From Octopus sinensis (Eukaryota): a stretch of 64,000 nt of DNA. Positions within the stretch are counted from its first letter, which is position 1. The number at the start of each line of letters is the position of its first letter. A program made the position numbers and the translations under genes. Positions 51,662-64,000 of this stretch are shown here, piece by piece. The DNA is taken from positions 13,330,001 to 13,394,000 of the forward strand of contig NC_043020.1 of NCBI RefSeq assembly GCF_006345805.1, in the 5' to 3' direction. The notes beneath the pieces are model-generated. The model saw only the letters and a program-made list of their open reading frames with translations, was not told the DNA's origin and did not search any database.

Positions 51662-51867
51662 TTTGCTTGTTTCAGCTCAGAGCTGCGGCCATGCTGATGC
51701 ACCGCCGTTTCATCACCTTTAGTCGAGCAAATCGACCCCAGGACTTATTCTTTGAAAGCCTAGTACTTATTCTACCGGTCGATTTTGCCAAACCTAAACA
51801 CACCAGCATCGGTTGTCAAGCGATGTTGGGTGGACAAACATAGACACACAAACATATACACACACAT

Positions 51868-51898
<31 letters not shown>

Positions 51899-52068
51899 CA
51901 CATATGACGGGCTTCTTTCAGTTTCCATCTACAAATCCACTCACAAGGCTTTGGTCAGCCAGAGGCTATAGTATAAGACACTTGCCCATGGTGCCACGCA
52001 GTGGGACTGAACCCGGAACCTTGTAGTTCGTAAGCAAGCTACTTACCACACAGCCACTCCTACGCCTA
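51662..52068 (-). mobile_element. SINE family A
   Basis: Match to A consensus. Confidence 0.85.
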
Positions 52069-52832
52069 TATATATATATAACAACTGGATGGAAACAATT
52101 TAAATCAACTTGATAACAGGGATGAGCGACGGAGGTGGTGGAAGCTGTGTGCAGGGAAAGGGCAACAGAGAAGAAATTACTTGTAACTAAATATTAGCAG
52201 CATGCTTAGCCATGTAGTAAGAACTTGGCTTCCCAACCACATGGTTCTAGGTTCAGTCCCACTGCATGGCACCTTGGACAAGTTTTTGGATCTGATGGCG
52301 TAGTGGTTAAGGTGTTGGGCTCATGACTGTAAGATTATGGTTTTCGATTCCTGGACTCGAGACGGTAACTTTACTTTATTTTTTATACTCATTCTGTACC
52401 TTAAGGGGCCATCTGGACACTTCCTCACCAATGTTTATCTCTGCAACTTCTACTGACCACTCTCCCCACTTAAATATGAGTAGCCATGCAACTCCTCTGA
52501 AAGAACCTGTTCTGCTCCCACCACCACCACCCCAATTCTCTTATCATTTAACTTCTCATCGCTTAACATAAAAGACCTCTGACCCCTTTTGGGTTTCACA
52601 GTTTTTCAAACTACACGGTGACCTCTCCAGAGCTGATGTCACATAAAAAGCACCCAGTACATACTGTAAAGCGCTTGGCTTTAGGAAGGCCATCCAGCTA
52701 TAGAAACGAGGCAAAGCAGATACTGGAGTAGGATGCAGTCCTTAGATCCATCAGATCTTGTCAAACCATCCAACCCATGTCAGCATGGAACATGGACATT
52801 GAATGATAATGGGGATTATGATTATGATGAAA

Positions 52833-52999
52833 TAGGCGCAGGGGTGGCTGTGTGGTAAGTAGCTTGCTTACCAACCACATGGTTCTGGGTTCAGTCCCAC
52901 TGTGTGGCACCTTGGGTAAGTGTCTTCTACTATAGCCTCAGGCTGGTTAAAGCCTTGTGAGTGGATTTGGTAGACGGAAACTGAAAGAAGCCCGTCGTA

Positions 53000-53036
<37 letters not shown>

Positions 53037-53550
53037 TTGTGTTTCTGTGTTTGTCCCTCCCAACATCGCTTGATAATAGATGCTGGTGTGTTTACGTCCC
53101 CGTAACTTAGAGACCGATAGAATTAGTACTAGGCTTACAAAGAATAAGTCCTGGAGTCGATTTGCTCGACTAAAGGCTGTGCTCCAGCATGGCCGCAGCT
53201 TACCAACCACATGGTTCCGGGTTCAGTCCCACTGCGTGGCACCTTGGGTAAGTGTCTTCTACTATAGCCTCGGGGGCTCAATCAAAGCCTTGTGAGTGGA
53301 TTTGGTAGATGGAAACTGAAAGAAGCCCGTCGTATATATGTATAGATATATATATCTATGTTTGTGTTTCTGTGTTTGTCCCTCCCAACATCGCTTGATA
53401 ATAGATGCTGGTGTGTTTACGTCCCCGTAACTTAGAGACCGACAGAATTAGTACTAGGCTTACAAAGAATAAGTCTTGGGGTCGATTTGCTCGACGAAAG
53501 TCGGTACTCCAGCATGGCTGCTGTCAAATGACTGAAACAAGTAAAAGAGG
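52833..53550 (+). mobile_element. Tandem family A SINE pair
   Basis: Both copies share the deletion CGTAACTTAG^AGACCGA and CTTGATAATAGATGC variants. Confidence 0.85.
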
Positions 53551-53864
53551 TTCTATACACATACACTATTCCCAGGGTAGTTATCACTTATTCCATTGAC
53601 CCCAGAGAGATGAAAAAAAAAAAAATCAAAGTGTAACCCAGTTAGATTTGAACTTGGATTACAGAGGGAAGAAACAAAATTCCTTATCCCACTCACCCCT
53701 CCTCCACTTAAATATTTTCTTCTCTTGCACAGAATCCTTATAGTGCAGAAATTTATTAAGAAATGTCTTTTTTCTGGGGTTTTTTTTTCTTCCTCTTGCA
53801 TTTCCATTTCTGTAAAAACTGTTAGAAATGTTGGCGGTTTTCAGATGCAGGTTTTTTCAAATAC

Positions 53865-54040
53865 TCACATGTGTATACACACACACACACACACACATGC
53901 ACACAACACACACACATGCACACACACACATGCACACACACACATGCACACACACACACGCACACACACACGCACACACACACACATGCACACACACACA
54001 CACACGCACGCACATGCACACACACATGCACACACACACA

Positions 54041-54088
<48 letters not shown>

Positions 54089-54290
54089 CACACACGCACA
54101 CACACACGCACACACACATGCACACACACACACACGCACGCACATGCACACACACACATGCACACACGCACACACCACACACATGAACACACACACACAC
54201 ATGCACACACATGCACACACACATGCACACACACACACACACACGCACGCACGCACACACATGCGTACACATACATACGTCATATAAGTG
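53865..54290. repeat. (CA)n/CACATG microsatellite
   Basis: Direct reading. Confidence 0.9.
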
Positions 54291-54534
54291 TGTATGAAGA
54301 AGAGAAAATAAATAAAGAACCTATTTTTTTTCCTCCTGCAAGATTATTCTGCAATAAAAAGTGTTGAAAACTACAGAAAAATCGAAGAAATCAAAAATCA
54401 ATGAGACACATATGAGAGGGAGGGGGAGGGGGAAAGAGAGAGAGAGAGAAGAGAGAGAGGGGGAAAATAGATAGACAGACAGACAGATTGATGGGTAGAT
54501 AGATTAATAAATATGTAGACAGGTAAATAGATAA

Positions 54535-54655
54535 CTACAGAGGTGGAGAGAGAGAGATAGATAGAGATAGATAGATAGAAAGAGAGAGATAGATAGATAG
54601 ATAGAGATAGAAAGAGAGAGAGAGATAGATAGAGATAGGTAGATAGATAGATAGG

Positions 54656-54687
<32 letters not shown>

Positions 54688-54857
54688 GATAGAAAGAGAG
54701 AGAGAGATAGATAGATAGATAGATGGATAGATAGGTAGATAGATAGATGGATAGATAGATAGATGGATAGATAGATAGATGGATAGATAGGTAGATGGAT
54801 AGATAGGTAGATAGATAGATAGATAGATAGATAGGTAGATAGATAGAGAGAGAGAGA
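54535..54857. repeat. (GATA)n/(GA)n microsatellite
   Basis: Direct reading. Confidence 0.92.
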
Positions 54858-55181
54858 ATATCATCTCCAAAATTACTTGAACTCTGAAGAAAAACATGAA
54901 CGCTTAGAATTTCGGCAGCTTAACGAGAAGCCTGCAATGTTATGGTTGAGAGGAATGAAAAAAAAAAAAAAAAAATTATCAAGATTTTGTTGAGAATAAA
55001 TGATTACTTTTTACATCTGTTACTAAATTATGGTGAGGTGTTTTACGGATTAGATCGGAGTCTTGGTTAACAACAGTCTTCATGAAGGAGCACAGTTGGG
55101 AGTGAAGGGGTCGGGCGAATATGGTAATTACGGTGCAGAATAATTAGAAAAACTGCAACACACACAAGTGTGAATGTGTGC

Positions 55182-55219
<38 letters not shown>

Positions 55220-56419
55220 CATATGTATACATATATATATAAAAACTTACTTGGAAATGGATTAGCAAACGTCTTCATCTTGGACCGAAAGGCTGGGGCA
55301 TGTTGATGCATAAAAACGCAAGACTTTTCTCATTTATGATATAGTTTACAAGAGATATATCTTGCAGGGAAAAATAAATTACCTTCGTTTGATCTGAGAA
55401 AATATCAAATTTTTTTTCTTCTTAACAATAACATATTCATTGCAAATAGCAGTAATACCTTATGTAAAAAAAAAAAATAACCCTTAAATTTACATAACTT
55501 TTGAAGCATTTGCAATGCTAGAAAATTTAAGGAAAACTAAGAATTTTTTGCATAAGACATTACTGCATGTCCCTTGATCCATTGCTTGTGCCATCTCCTT
55601 TGTCTTTTCTACTGCTACTACAATAGCTTCTGCTCCTTGTAAATGACTGCCCCTTGTAAATGACTGTTCTCCTTGTTGTATCCTCTCATCCACTAAAAAC
55701 CTTACCCTAACCTATACACCTAATTTCTTCTCCTTCCATCCTCTTCCTAGTTGCGTCCATCCCTATGGATGTTTATAAGCCATTTAAATGGCTTTTAAAC
55801 ACCTTTCACGCTGCAATTGTTTTCGTTCCAGCACAAGATCTCAGATCAAGTCACTTGCTATGCAAGTACATCTCCGTAATATATATATATATACACACAC
55901 ACACACATACACTGTTTAAATGTTTTCTGAAATAAATATACACTTCATTTTAATGACTCTGAGGAAGCTCTAAAATGTTGCATGAGCACTCATCTCTGAA
56001 GCAGTGCTTCTCATAGAAGAAACGACTGTAAGCTAATGAAAGTGATTATGTAACTCCTGTTCTTTTGTCATTCATTAATTGATATATATATTGATATAGT
56101 GTTCTGTACTCACCTGACACTCTACATGAAAGCATTATTACAGAGTTCTAACAACTGGTTATTAGTACCACCATACCTAAGCAAAATCATATATGTGTGC
56201 GTTTGAACACACATACACACACACAAACATTTTTATACAAATAAAACAGTGAATAAAAAATGAGCTGTCTTTCAACAAGTCACCTGAGGAGAGACATCTG
56301 CACCACAAGTGTTTGTTCAGCTACTCACCTGCTAGGTACCAGTGCATAATGGGTTGAAACACTTGTATTGAAGAATAAAGAGCCTTGTGAATTTCGTTTT
56401 CTTTCTCTCGTGTTTTTTG

Positions 56420-56620
56420 CCAGACTGGCCCTCGTGCCGGTGGCACGTAAAAGCCCCCACTACACTCTCAGAGTGGTTGGCATTAGGAAGGGCATCCAGC
56501 TGTAGAAACTCTGCCAGATCAGATTGGAGCCTGGTGCAGCCATCTGATTCGCCAGTCCTCAGTCAAATTGTCCAACCCATGCTAGCATGGAAAGTGGACG
56601 TTAAACGTTGATGATGATGA
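56420..56620 (+). mobile_element. RTE 3' tail (D)
   Basis: Matches D. Confidence 0.85.
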
Positions 56621-56819
56621 TAAATACATTGACAGGGAAAGAGAGAGAGAGAGGGGGGACCGGTGTCATACATTGTGGATCATGTGTCAGAATGGATCAG
56701 AAGGAAGAATTGCATGTAAGTTTAGATGTCCCAAGGTAGATGTCAGTGGAAAGAAAGGTGGTGCGGGCGAAAGGGGACAAGCTAGATACCCTCCTTTGCT
56801 CCTTCTATATCTGACTCCC

Positions 56820-57190
56820 CCACTGCCTCTCTCTCTCTCACTCTGACTCTCTCATTCTCTCTCTCTGCCTCTCTCCCTGCCTCTCTCTCTCTGCCTCTCT
56901 CCCTGCCTCTCTCTCTCTCCCTCTCTGTCTCTGTCTCTCTCTCCGTCTCTGTCTCTGTCTCTCCCTCTCTGTCTCCGTCTCTCTCTCTGCCTCTCTCTCT
57001 CTGTCTCTCTCTCTGCCTCTCTCTCTCTCTGCCTCTCTCTCTGTCTCTCTCTCTCTCTCTGCCTCTCTCTCTGCTTCTCTCTCTCTCTGTGCCTCTCTCT
57101 CTTTCTCTGCCTCTCTCTCTCTCTCTGCCTCTCTCTCTCTCTCTCTCTGCCTCCTTCCCTCTCCCCCTCCCTCTCTCCCTCCCTCTCTCT
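56820..57190. repeat. (CT)n/CTCTGC polypyrimidine repeat
   Basis: Direct reading. Confidence 0.9.
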
Positions 57191-57549
57191 AACTTCCGCT
57201 GTCTACATTGACATCCCAGATAAACTGTCATCAAGGGAATAAGTATAATTGTATGTGTGTGTGTGTGTGTGTGTGAGACGTAGTGGACTGTGGAGAGGAG
57301 GCTCTTGGCAAATACACTACAGAGAGGGTGGACAGGGAGAGAGGGATAAATTGCTTCACAGATCCCTCTCCTCCCCTAAAACCTCCTTCTTTAATAAAGT
57401 GCTGTTCTCTAGAAGTTTTCTCATTTAACCTAATCCACTTTCAAGACACCCCACCCCCGTCCCACACACCCCTAACATCTCAGGGTTTTACTACAGTCTT
57501 TAGGACCCTTTGGAAAGGGTGTGATGTAATGAATGTTGTTATTATTATT

Positions 57550-57770
57550 TACTCTTTTTTACTCTTTTACTTGTTTCAGTCATTTGACTGCCTCCATGCT
57601 GGAGCACCGCCTTTAGTCGAGCAACTCGACCCCGGGATTTATTCTTTGTAAGCCCAGTACTTATTCTATCAGTCTCTTTTTTGCCGAACCGCTAAGTGAC
57701 GGGGAGGTAAACACACCAGCATCGGTTGTCAAGCAATGCTAGGGGGACAAACACAGACACACAAACATAT

Positions 57771-57805
<35 letters not shown>

Positions 57806-57986
57806 CATATATACGACAGGCTTCTTTCAGTTTCCGTCTACCAAATCCACTCACAAGGCATTGGTCGCTCCAGTACTTATTCTATCAGTCTCTTTTTTGC
57901 CAAACCGCTAAGTGACGGGGACGTAAACACACCAGCATCGGTTGTCTAGCAATGCTAGGGGGACAAACACAGACACACAAACATAT

Positions 57987-58017
<31 letters not shown>

Positions 58018-58187
58018 CATATATACGACAGGCTTCTTTCAGTTTCCGTCTACCAAATCCACTCACAAGGCATTGGTCGGCCCGGGGCTATAGCAGAAGA
58101 CACTTGCCCAAGATGCCACGCAGTGGGACTGAACCCGGAACCATGTGGTTGGTTAGCAAGCTACTTACCACACAGCCACTCCTGCAC
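57550..58187 (-). mobile_element. Family A SINE with internal duplication
   Basis: Segment repeated from ~57871. Confidence 0.85.
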
Positions 58188-58189
58188 CT

Positions 58190-58483
58190 ATCATCATCAT
58201 CATCATCATCATCATCATTTAGCATCCGCTTTCCATGCTAGCATGGGTTGGACGGTTCAACTGGGGTGGGAAGCCCAAAGGCTGCACCAGGCCAGTTAGA
58301 TCTAGCAGTGTTTCTACAGCTGGATGCCCTTCCTAACACCAACCACTCCAAGAGTGTAGTGGGTGATTTTATGTGCCACCGACACAGGTGCCAGACAAGG
58401 CTGGTGAACGGCCACGCTCGGATGGTGTTTTTTATGTGCCACCGACACAGGTGCCAGACGAGGCTGGCGAACGGCCACGCCTA

Positions 58484-58485
<2 letters not shown>
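58190..58485 (-). mobile_element. RTE 3' tail (D) with duplicated subunit
   Basis: Reverse complement of D. Confidence 0.8.
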
Positions 58486-58523
<38 letters not shown>

Positions 58524-58535
58524 GATTATGATTAT

Positions 58536-58733
58536 TAATATTTGAGGATTGGTGTTATTCCTCCGGAAGGTAAAGGAACAATAAGAAGAGTTGCAACTGT
58601 TATCGGATGAACAATATTTTGACACTTTGTGTGTCTTCCACAAAGTGTCGAAATATTGTTCATTCCATAACGGTCGCATTCTTCTTATTGTTCCGTTACC
58701 TTCCGGAGGAATAACACCATTCCTTAAATATTA
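58536..58733. repeat. Long imperfect palindrome (~95-bp arms, 7-nt loop)
   Basis: Arms 58536-58631 and 58639-58733, loop TGTCTTC. Confidence 0.9.
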
Positions 58734-58821
58734 CCAAAACGAAGTAGATTGGTAGAGTGAGATGATTATTTTTGAAATTGTGGAAGACACACAAAGTGTC
58801 AGAATACTGTTCATTCACTCC

Positions 58822-59221
58822 ACTTCTTCTTCTTCTTCTTCTTCTTCTTCGTCTTCTTCTTCTTCTTCTCCGTCTTCTTCTTCTCTTCCTTCTCCGTCTT
58901 CTTCTCCTCCTCCTTCTTCGTCTTCTCCTCCTCCTTCGTCTTCTTCTCCTCCTCCTCCTTCTTCTTCGTCGTCTTCTTCTTCTTCTCCTCCTTCTTCTTC
59001 GTCGTCTTCTTCTTCTTCTTCTCCTCCTCCTTCTCCGTCTTCTTCTTCTCCTCCTTCTCCGTCTTCTTCTTCTCCTCCTCCGTCTTCTTCTCCTCCTCCT
59101 TCTTCGTCTTCTTCTTCTCCTCCTCCTCCTCCTCCGCCTTCTTCGTCTTATTCTTCTCCTCCTCATTCTTCTTCGTCTTCTTCTCCTCCTCCTTCTTCAT
59201 CTTCGTCTTCTTCTTTGTCTT
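58822..59221. repeat. (TCT/TCC/CGT)n trinucleotide satellite
   Basis: Direct reading. Confidence 0.92.
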
Positions 59222-59532
59222 CAAACAAACAGACAAACACCCATGTTTCCAGAGGTGAATTATTCAAACACCCCAAAGAATCCTTCTCAACACAGGGCTA
59301 TGATGCTCCCCCACTACTTCTGCTTGTGATCAGCGATGCACATATCGTCAGCCACTAAGGGACATGCTCAACTGGTTACAGTCAATCAACTGACAAGCAA
59401 ATCTGTGGTATTGAGCAGAATATTTGCTGTAGCACATCTTTTAAACCAAGACAAAACAATGTACATAATAACACTTCTAATCAGTTAAGATCAGAAGCCA
59501 CGAGAGCCACTGTCTGGTACTGCATCATGGCA

Positions 59533-59569
<37 letters not shown>

Positions 59570-59581
59570 TATTATTATTAT

Positions 59582-60045
59582 TAAGGTGGTGAACTGGCAG
59601 AATCATTAGCATGCCAGGCAAAATGCTTAGCAGTATTTCGTCTGTCCTTAAGTTCTGAGTTCAAATTCTGCCAAGATCCACTTTTCCTTTTACTCTTTCA
59701 GATCTGATAAATTAAGTATCAGTCAAGTACCAAGGTCAATATGATCAACTATTCCCGTCCCCAAAATTTCAGGTCTTGTGCCTTCAGTAGAAAGGGTTAT
59801 TATTATTATTATTAAAAAGGTGGCTAGCTGGCAGAATCATTAGCACACCGGACAGACAAAATACTGCAAAGCATTTTGGCCGTCCTTACGTTCTGAGTTC
59901 AAATTCTGCTGAGGCTGACTTTATCTTTTATCCATTCGAGATTGATAAAATAAGTACCAGTTACGCACTGGGGTCGATGTAATTGTCTCGTCGTCTCCCA
60001 CAAAATTGTTGCCCTTGTGGCAAAATTTGAAACCATTGTTATTAT
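59582..60045 (+). mobile_element. Two SINE C2 copies embedded in (TTA)n
   Basis: C head and core with C2 tail. Confidence 0.75.
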
Positions 60046-60474
60046 TGTTATTATGGTGGTGATGGTGGCAAGGTAACGGAATTGTCAATGCATTGGACTA
60101 AATGCTTCATAGCTGCTGGCTTTTTATGTTCTAGGTTCAAATCCCCTTCACTGCCACCACTGCCACTACTACCACCATCACTTTCCTCATTTTCTGTGAT
60201 TTTACATTTAGGTAGAAACACTTCCTGTGTTTTAAAATATATTTTTTATGTCATTAGCTGAAGGTGAGAAATAATTTGTTTTTATTGACAAAATAGTTTT
60301 TATTTGATTGCAAGACATTTCTTTTTTGTAATGTTAAATTGATTTTATTTTGTTTTTTCTTGGAAATTTGTCTCTGTTAAACTATTTTGGGTATTTAATA
60401 TTTAATTTAATTTAATTTCTTTTGTGAAGTCATATTTGGACATTTTAGAATGAAGGTTTCTTTTTTTTATGGTA

Positions 60475-60985
60475 CCAGTTGCTACCACAACTGTCACCAC
60501 CTTCACTATCACCATCACCACAAACACTACCATACCGCTGCCACCACCACAAACACCACCACACCGCTGCCACCACCACACTGCTGCCACCACCACAAAC
60601 ACCACCACACCACTGCCACCACCACTATCATCACCACTGTCACCACCATCACTATCACCATCACCACAAACACCACCACACCACTGCCACCACCACACAC
60701 ACCACTGCCACCACCACACACACCACTGCCACCACCACACACACCACTGCCACCACCACACACACCACTGCCACCACCACACACACCACTGCCACCACCA
60801 CACACACCACTGCCACCACCACACTGCTGCCACCACCACAAACACCACCACACTGCTGCTACCACCACTATCATCACCACTGTCACCACCATCACCACCA
60901 CCACCACAACTACCACCATCACCATAACATTACCATCATCATAACAACCACCACCATGACCACCACCACTGCTACTACTACTGCA
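60475..60985. repeat. (CAC)n-derived satellite with 21-bp subunit CCACCACCACACACACCACTG
   Basis: Direct reading. Confidence 0.9.
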
Positions 60986-61313
60986 GGAATGGAACACTTG
61001 CTTGTAAAGTAAAATAATAGCTAACAACAAGAATCTGAGGCTAGTTGCTCTGGTTTAGAGGGACCTGACCAAAGTGTTTGAATTTACAACTCCCACTACC
61101 TCTCCATCACATATGGCCATAATAAATTTGAGCTTTATGAAGTAGTACCTGTAAGAATTGAACTCACGACCTTATCATTAGCAATTCACTACCTTGACCT
61201 CACAATCCATTGCTTTTATAGCAAGTTGTTGCTGAGCGTTATACTAATACATCTGTTTGTTTTGTACACCACCTGTCTTCGTCTTTTGTTTTTTTCGTAA
61301 ACTCTCCCTATAC

Positions 61314-61354
<41 letters not shown>

Positions 61355-61416
61355 TTCATATATATATATAATATATATATATATTATATATATATATATA
61401 TATATGCACACACACC

Positions 61417-61735
61417 TGGAATCGAACTCGGAATCTTGGGGTTAGTAGCCCGCACTCTTAACCACTACGCCATATGTCCATAGGCATATGGCGTAGTAGT
61501 TAAGAGTGCAGGCTACTACAAGGCAGTGACCTGATTAATAATAACAACATTGAAGAATACCTTAGGAATGAGAACCCAGGTTCGAAATTTCCCAAAGACA
61601 CCTGATGAAGGCTGGAGGGTATATCAGCCGAAACGTTGTGTTAACAACAAACAGGATGAGGACAAATATCTGTCAAATGTAAATAATGTAAACAATGTAC
61701 ATAATTCCTCATCTCTTAAGTATAGAACTGGATTT
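61417..61735 (+). mobile_element. Composite element: fold-back tRNA-like head plus Penelope-like tail with hammerhead motif
   Basis: Inverted tRNA-like heads at 61417-61518, hammerhead at 61597-61642; pLTR-type fragment 61232-61309 just upstream. Confidence 0.65.
61597..61642 (+). ncRNA. Minimal type-I hammerhead ribozyme motif
   Basis: Stem I GACAC/GTGTT, CTGATGA(+A), stem II GGCTG-10 nt-CAGCC, GAAA, palindromic ACGT, GUU triplet. Confidence 0.75.
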
Positions 61736-61759
61736 AAAGATTTGGTATAAATTTCAGGT

Positions 61760-62134
61760 GTGGAGGCGCAATGGCCCAGTAGTTAGGGCAGCGGACTCGC
61801 GGTCGTAGGATCGCGGTTTCGATTCCCAGACCAGGCGTTGTGAGTGTTTATTGAGCGAAAACACCTAAAACTCCACAGGGGAGTGGTGGTGATCCCTGCT
61901 CTACTCTTTCACCACAACTTTTTCTCACTCTTACTTCCTGTTTCTGTTGTACCTGCATTTCAAAGGGCCGGCCTTGTCACTCTCTGTGTCACGCTGAATA
62001 TCCCCGAGAATTACGTTAAGGGTACACGTGTCTGTGGAGTGCTCAGCCACTTACACGTTAATTTCACGAGTAGGCTGTTCCGTTGATTCGGATCAACCGG
62101 AACCCTCATCGTCGTAACCGACGGAGTGCTTCCC
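61760..62134 (+). mobile_element. SINE family B (tail 1)
   Basis: 13-bp TSD ATAAATTTCAGGT at 61747-61759 and 62135-62147. Confidence 0.9.
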
Positions 62135-63380
62135 ATAAATTTCAGGTTTTATTAATATTTCTATGACCCTCTTCGTTATGACATTTTAGGCTTCCAGCAA
62201 CAACAGTTATTGAACTTCAAATATTTTACTTTGTTTCATTCCACACTCTTCCTCAACTTGAGATTTGCTGTGATGCTTCCAACAACCATTTGAATGGTTC
62301 TTCTTCCATTCTTTGTGAAAGAGAATCTTCACATTTTTCAACAGTGTCAAAACGTTGTTTTCATCAGTATCAGAGCGAGATCAATCATTATATCTGTCCT
62401 AAACACCAGAGGTACACTTCAAACGCTATTTAACTGAGACTCCACTTCTTTACTTTTGACCTCTAGAAACATTGGACATTCGCTGGATGGGCAATATCAG
62501 AATCTGACTAAATCAAGTACCTTTATAAATATCATTGAAATTTCAAAATTGGTAAATAGCTCCTCTTACACAGCACTTTATTCTCTGTGTTTACTTTGGC
62601 ACTTCTCAATTAGAATGAAATATTGAAAAGGAAAATAAAGAACTAGAGAGACCAAGGAGTGAGAGGGGGTGAGCGTAGAGAGCAATGGAGAGTAGAGAGA
62701 GAGAGAGATAGTGAGAGAGTGAAAGTGTAAGAGAGGAGCACAATTTTTTTTTCGCTTTTCATGCCAATTCGAAATTGCAGCTTTTCAATTAAATGATCTT
62801 CAAATTTCCAAGAAAAAAATAACATTTTTTTCAAAACTACCCCATCCTTTCCTTCTGTTCTGTAAACAATAACATGACCTTTTATAATCCGAATATTGTA
62901 CAAGTGATAATTTTCACTCGTTTGTCCAAAAAAGCCTGTTATTAAATGCTCTCTTTTTGTTTTTATCTCGGCAGCATTTCCATCTCATTCAGATAAAACT
63001 CTTAAAGACTGACCCATTTATCATGTTCTATAAATGTACAAAAATGATTCTTTTCAGAGGTTATTGCCATATCAAATAGATTTTCTCATCAAAGTCCTGG
63101 CTCTAGTTTTCTCCACAAATTGATTATTTTCTAACAAATAATAGTCAGGAATAATCATATATATATATATATATATATACATAAACACACACACATACAC
63201 CCATGTGTGTGTGTGTATATATATATATATATAGTTTGATTTGAAAACCCCACTAGAATGGGAGAAAGCGCTAATACATGATTTAAGTTATATGATGTAT
63301 AAAAAATGTAATATACAATAAATATCTGTAAATATAAACCATCCAATTTTCTGAGTACCTCATTTCTTCTAATATATATA

Positions 63381-63430
<50 letters not shown>

Positions 63431-63434
<4 letters not shown>

Positions 63435-63616
63435 AGAGTTTACGAAAAAAACAAAAGACGAAGACAGGTGGTGTAGAAAACAAACAGATGTATTAGTATA
63501 ATGCTCAGGAATAGAAAAAGTCTTTTACGTTTCGAGCCTACGCTCTTCTACAGAAAGGGACACAGAAAAAACAAGGAGAGAAAAAAATGTGTGTAGTGGC
63601 TAACGGTCTATCATGG
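63431..63616 (-). mobile_element. Short Penelope-like element, second copy, with variant hammerhead
   Basis: Reverse complement closely matches 16237-16419; core reads CTGTAGA. Confidence 0.65.
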
Positions 63617-64000
63617 CGATGTATGTATGTATATATACATACATACATACACATACACACGTGTGTGTATGTATATATGTATATACATACATACATATAT
63701 ATATATATGTACTTATACACACACACACTTACATGCTGTTTTGTTATTGTTGATAGTTCCCTGTTTGACTCTGATCAAGCTGATCTCTGCTCAAAATCTC
63801 TCCACCCATTTCCATTGCGTTTTGTGTGGGTAAATATAGGTGAAACTACATTGTCTACTGAGGTTTATTTAAGGAAGTAGAATGGAAGTTGATGAAGATT
63901 TGGTTGCTATTTCTAGTAAGTCAATCAACTACATCTTGGTTCAGAAATAAACTCCACCACCTGAAGGGAAATGAACCAGTGCCTCTAGATTACAAGCCCG

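Noticed and set aside
52301-52375. tRNA-like sequence
   Set aside because: Degenerate SINE head; no complete cloverleaf. The same applies to all A, B, C and E heads, so no tRNA genes are called
55490-55693. 67-aa ORF with natural-looking composition
   Set aside because: TTG/GTG-type start, contains a short internal duplication, no recognisable family
58696-59358. Poly-Arg (protamine-like), poly-Ser/Pro and Leu ORFs
   Set aside because: Trinucleotide satellite open in many frames; not a gene
60402-61030. Pro/His/Thr-rich mucin- or extensin-like ORFs
   Set aside because: (CAC)n satellite translations on both strands

Overview
This is eukaryotic, AT-rich, repeat-saturated non-coding DNA (gene desert or very long intron). 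It is most likely from an octopus or other coleoid cephalopod, inferred from the SINE families and microsatellite load. I found no convincing protein-coding gene, rRNA, true tRNA or CRISPR array; nearly all long ORFs in the track are microsatellite or minisatellite read-throughs. The window holds four tRNA-headed SINE groups (my labels A, B, C, E) that swap core and tail modules, and many RTE-LINE 3' tails (D). It also holds degenerate LINE ORF2 ends (RTE, CR1, R4/Dong-like), TTAA/piggyBac-type MITEs, four non-autonomous Helitrons and several satellites. Highlights: (1) three minimal type-I hammerhead ribozyme motifs in two Penelope-like families (16293-16328 and 61597-61642 with intact core, 63522-63557 with an A6U change), one downstream of a fold-back tRNA-like Pol III head; (2) SINE-C multimers with the same palindromic junction at three loci; (3) a ~95-bp-arm hairpin at 58.5 kb; (4) Helitrons with shared ends but unrelated interiors. 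All family assignments are by eye; coordinates of degenerate repeats are approximate.
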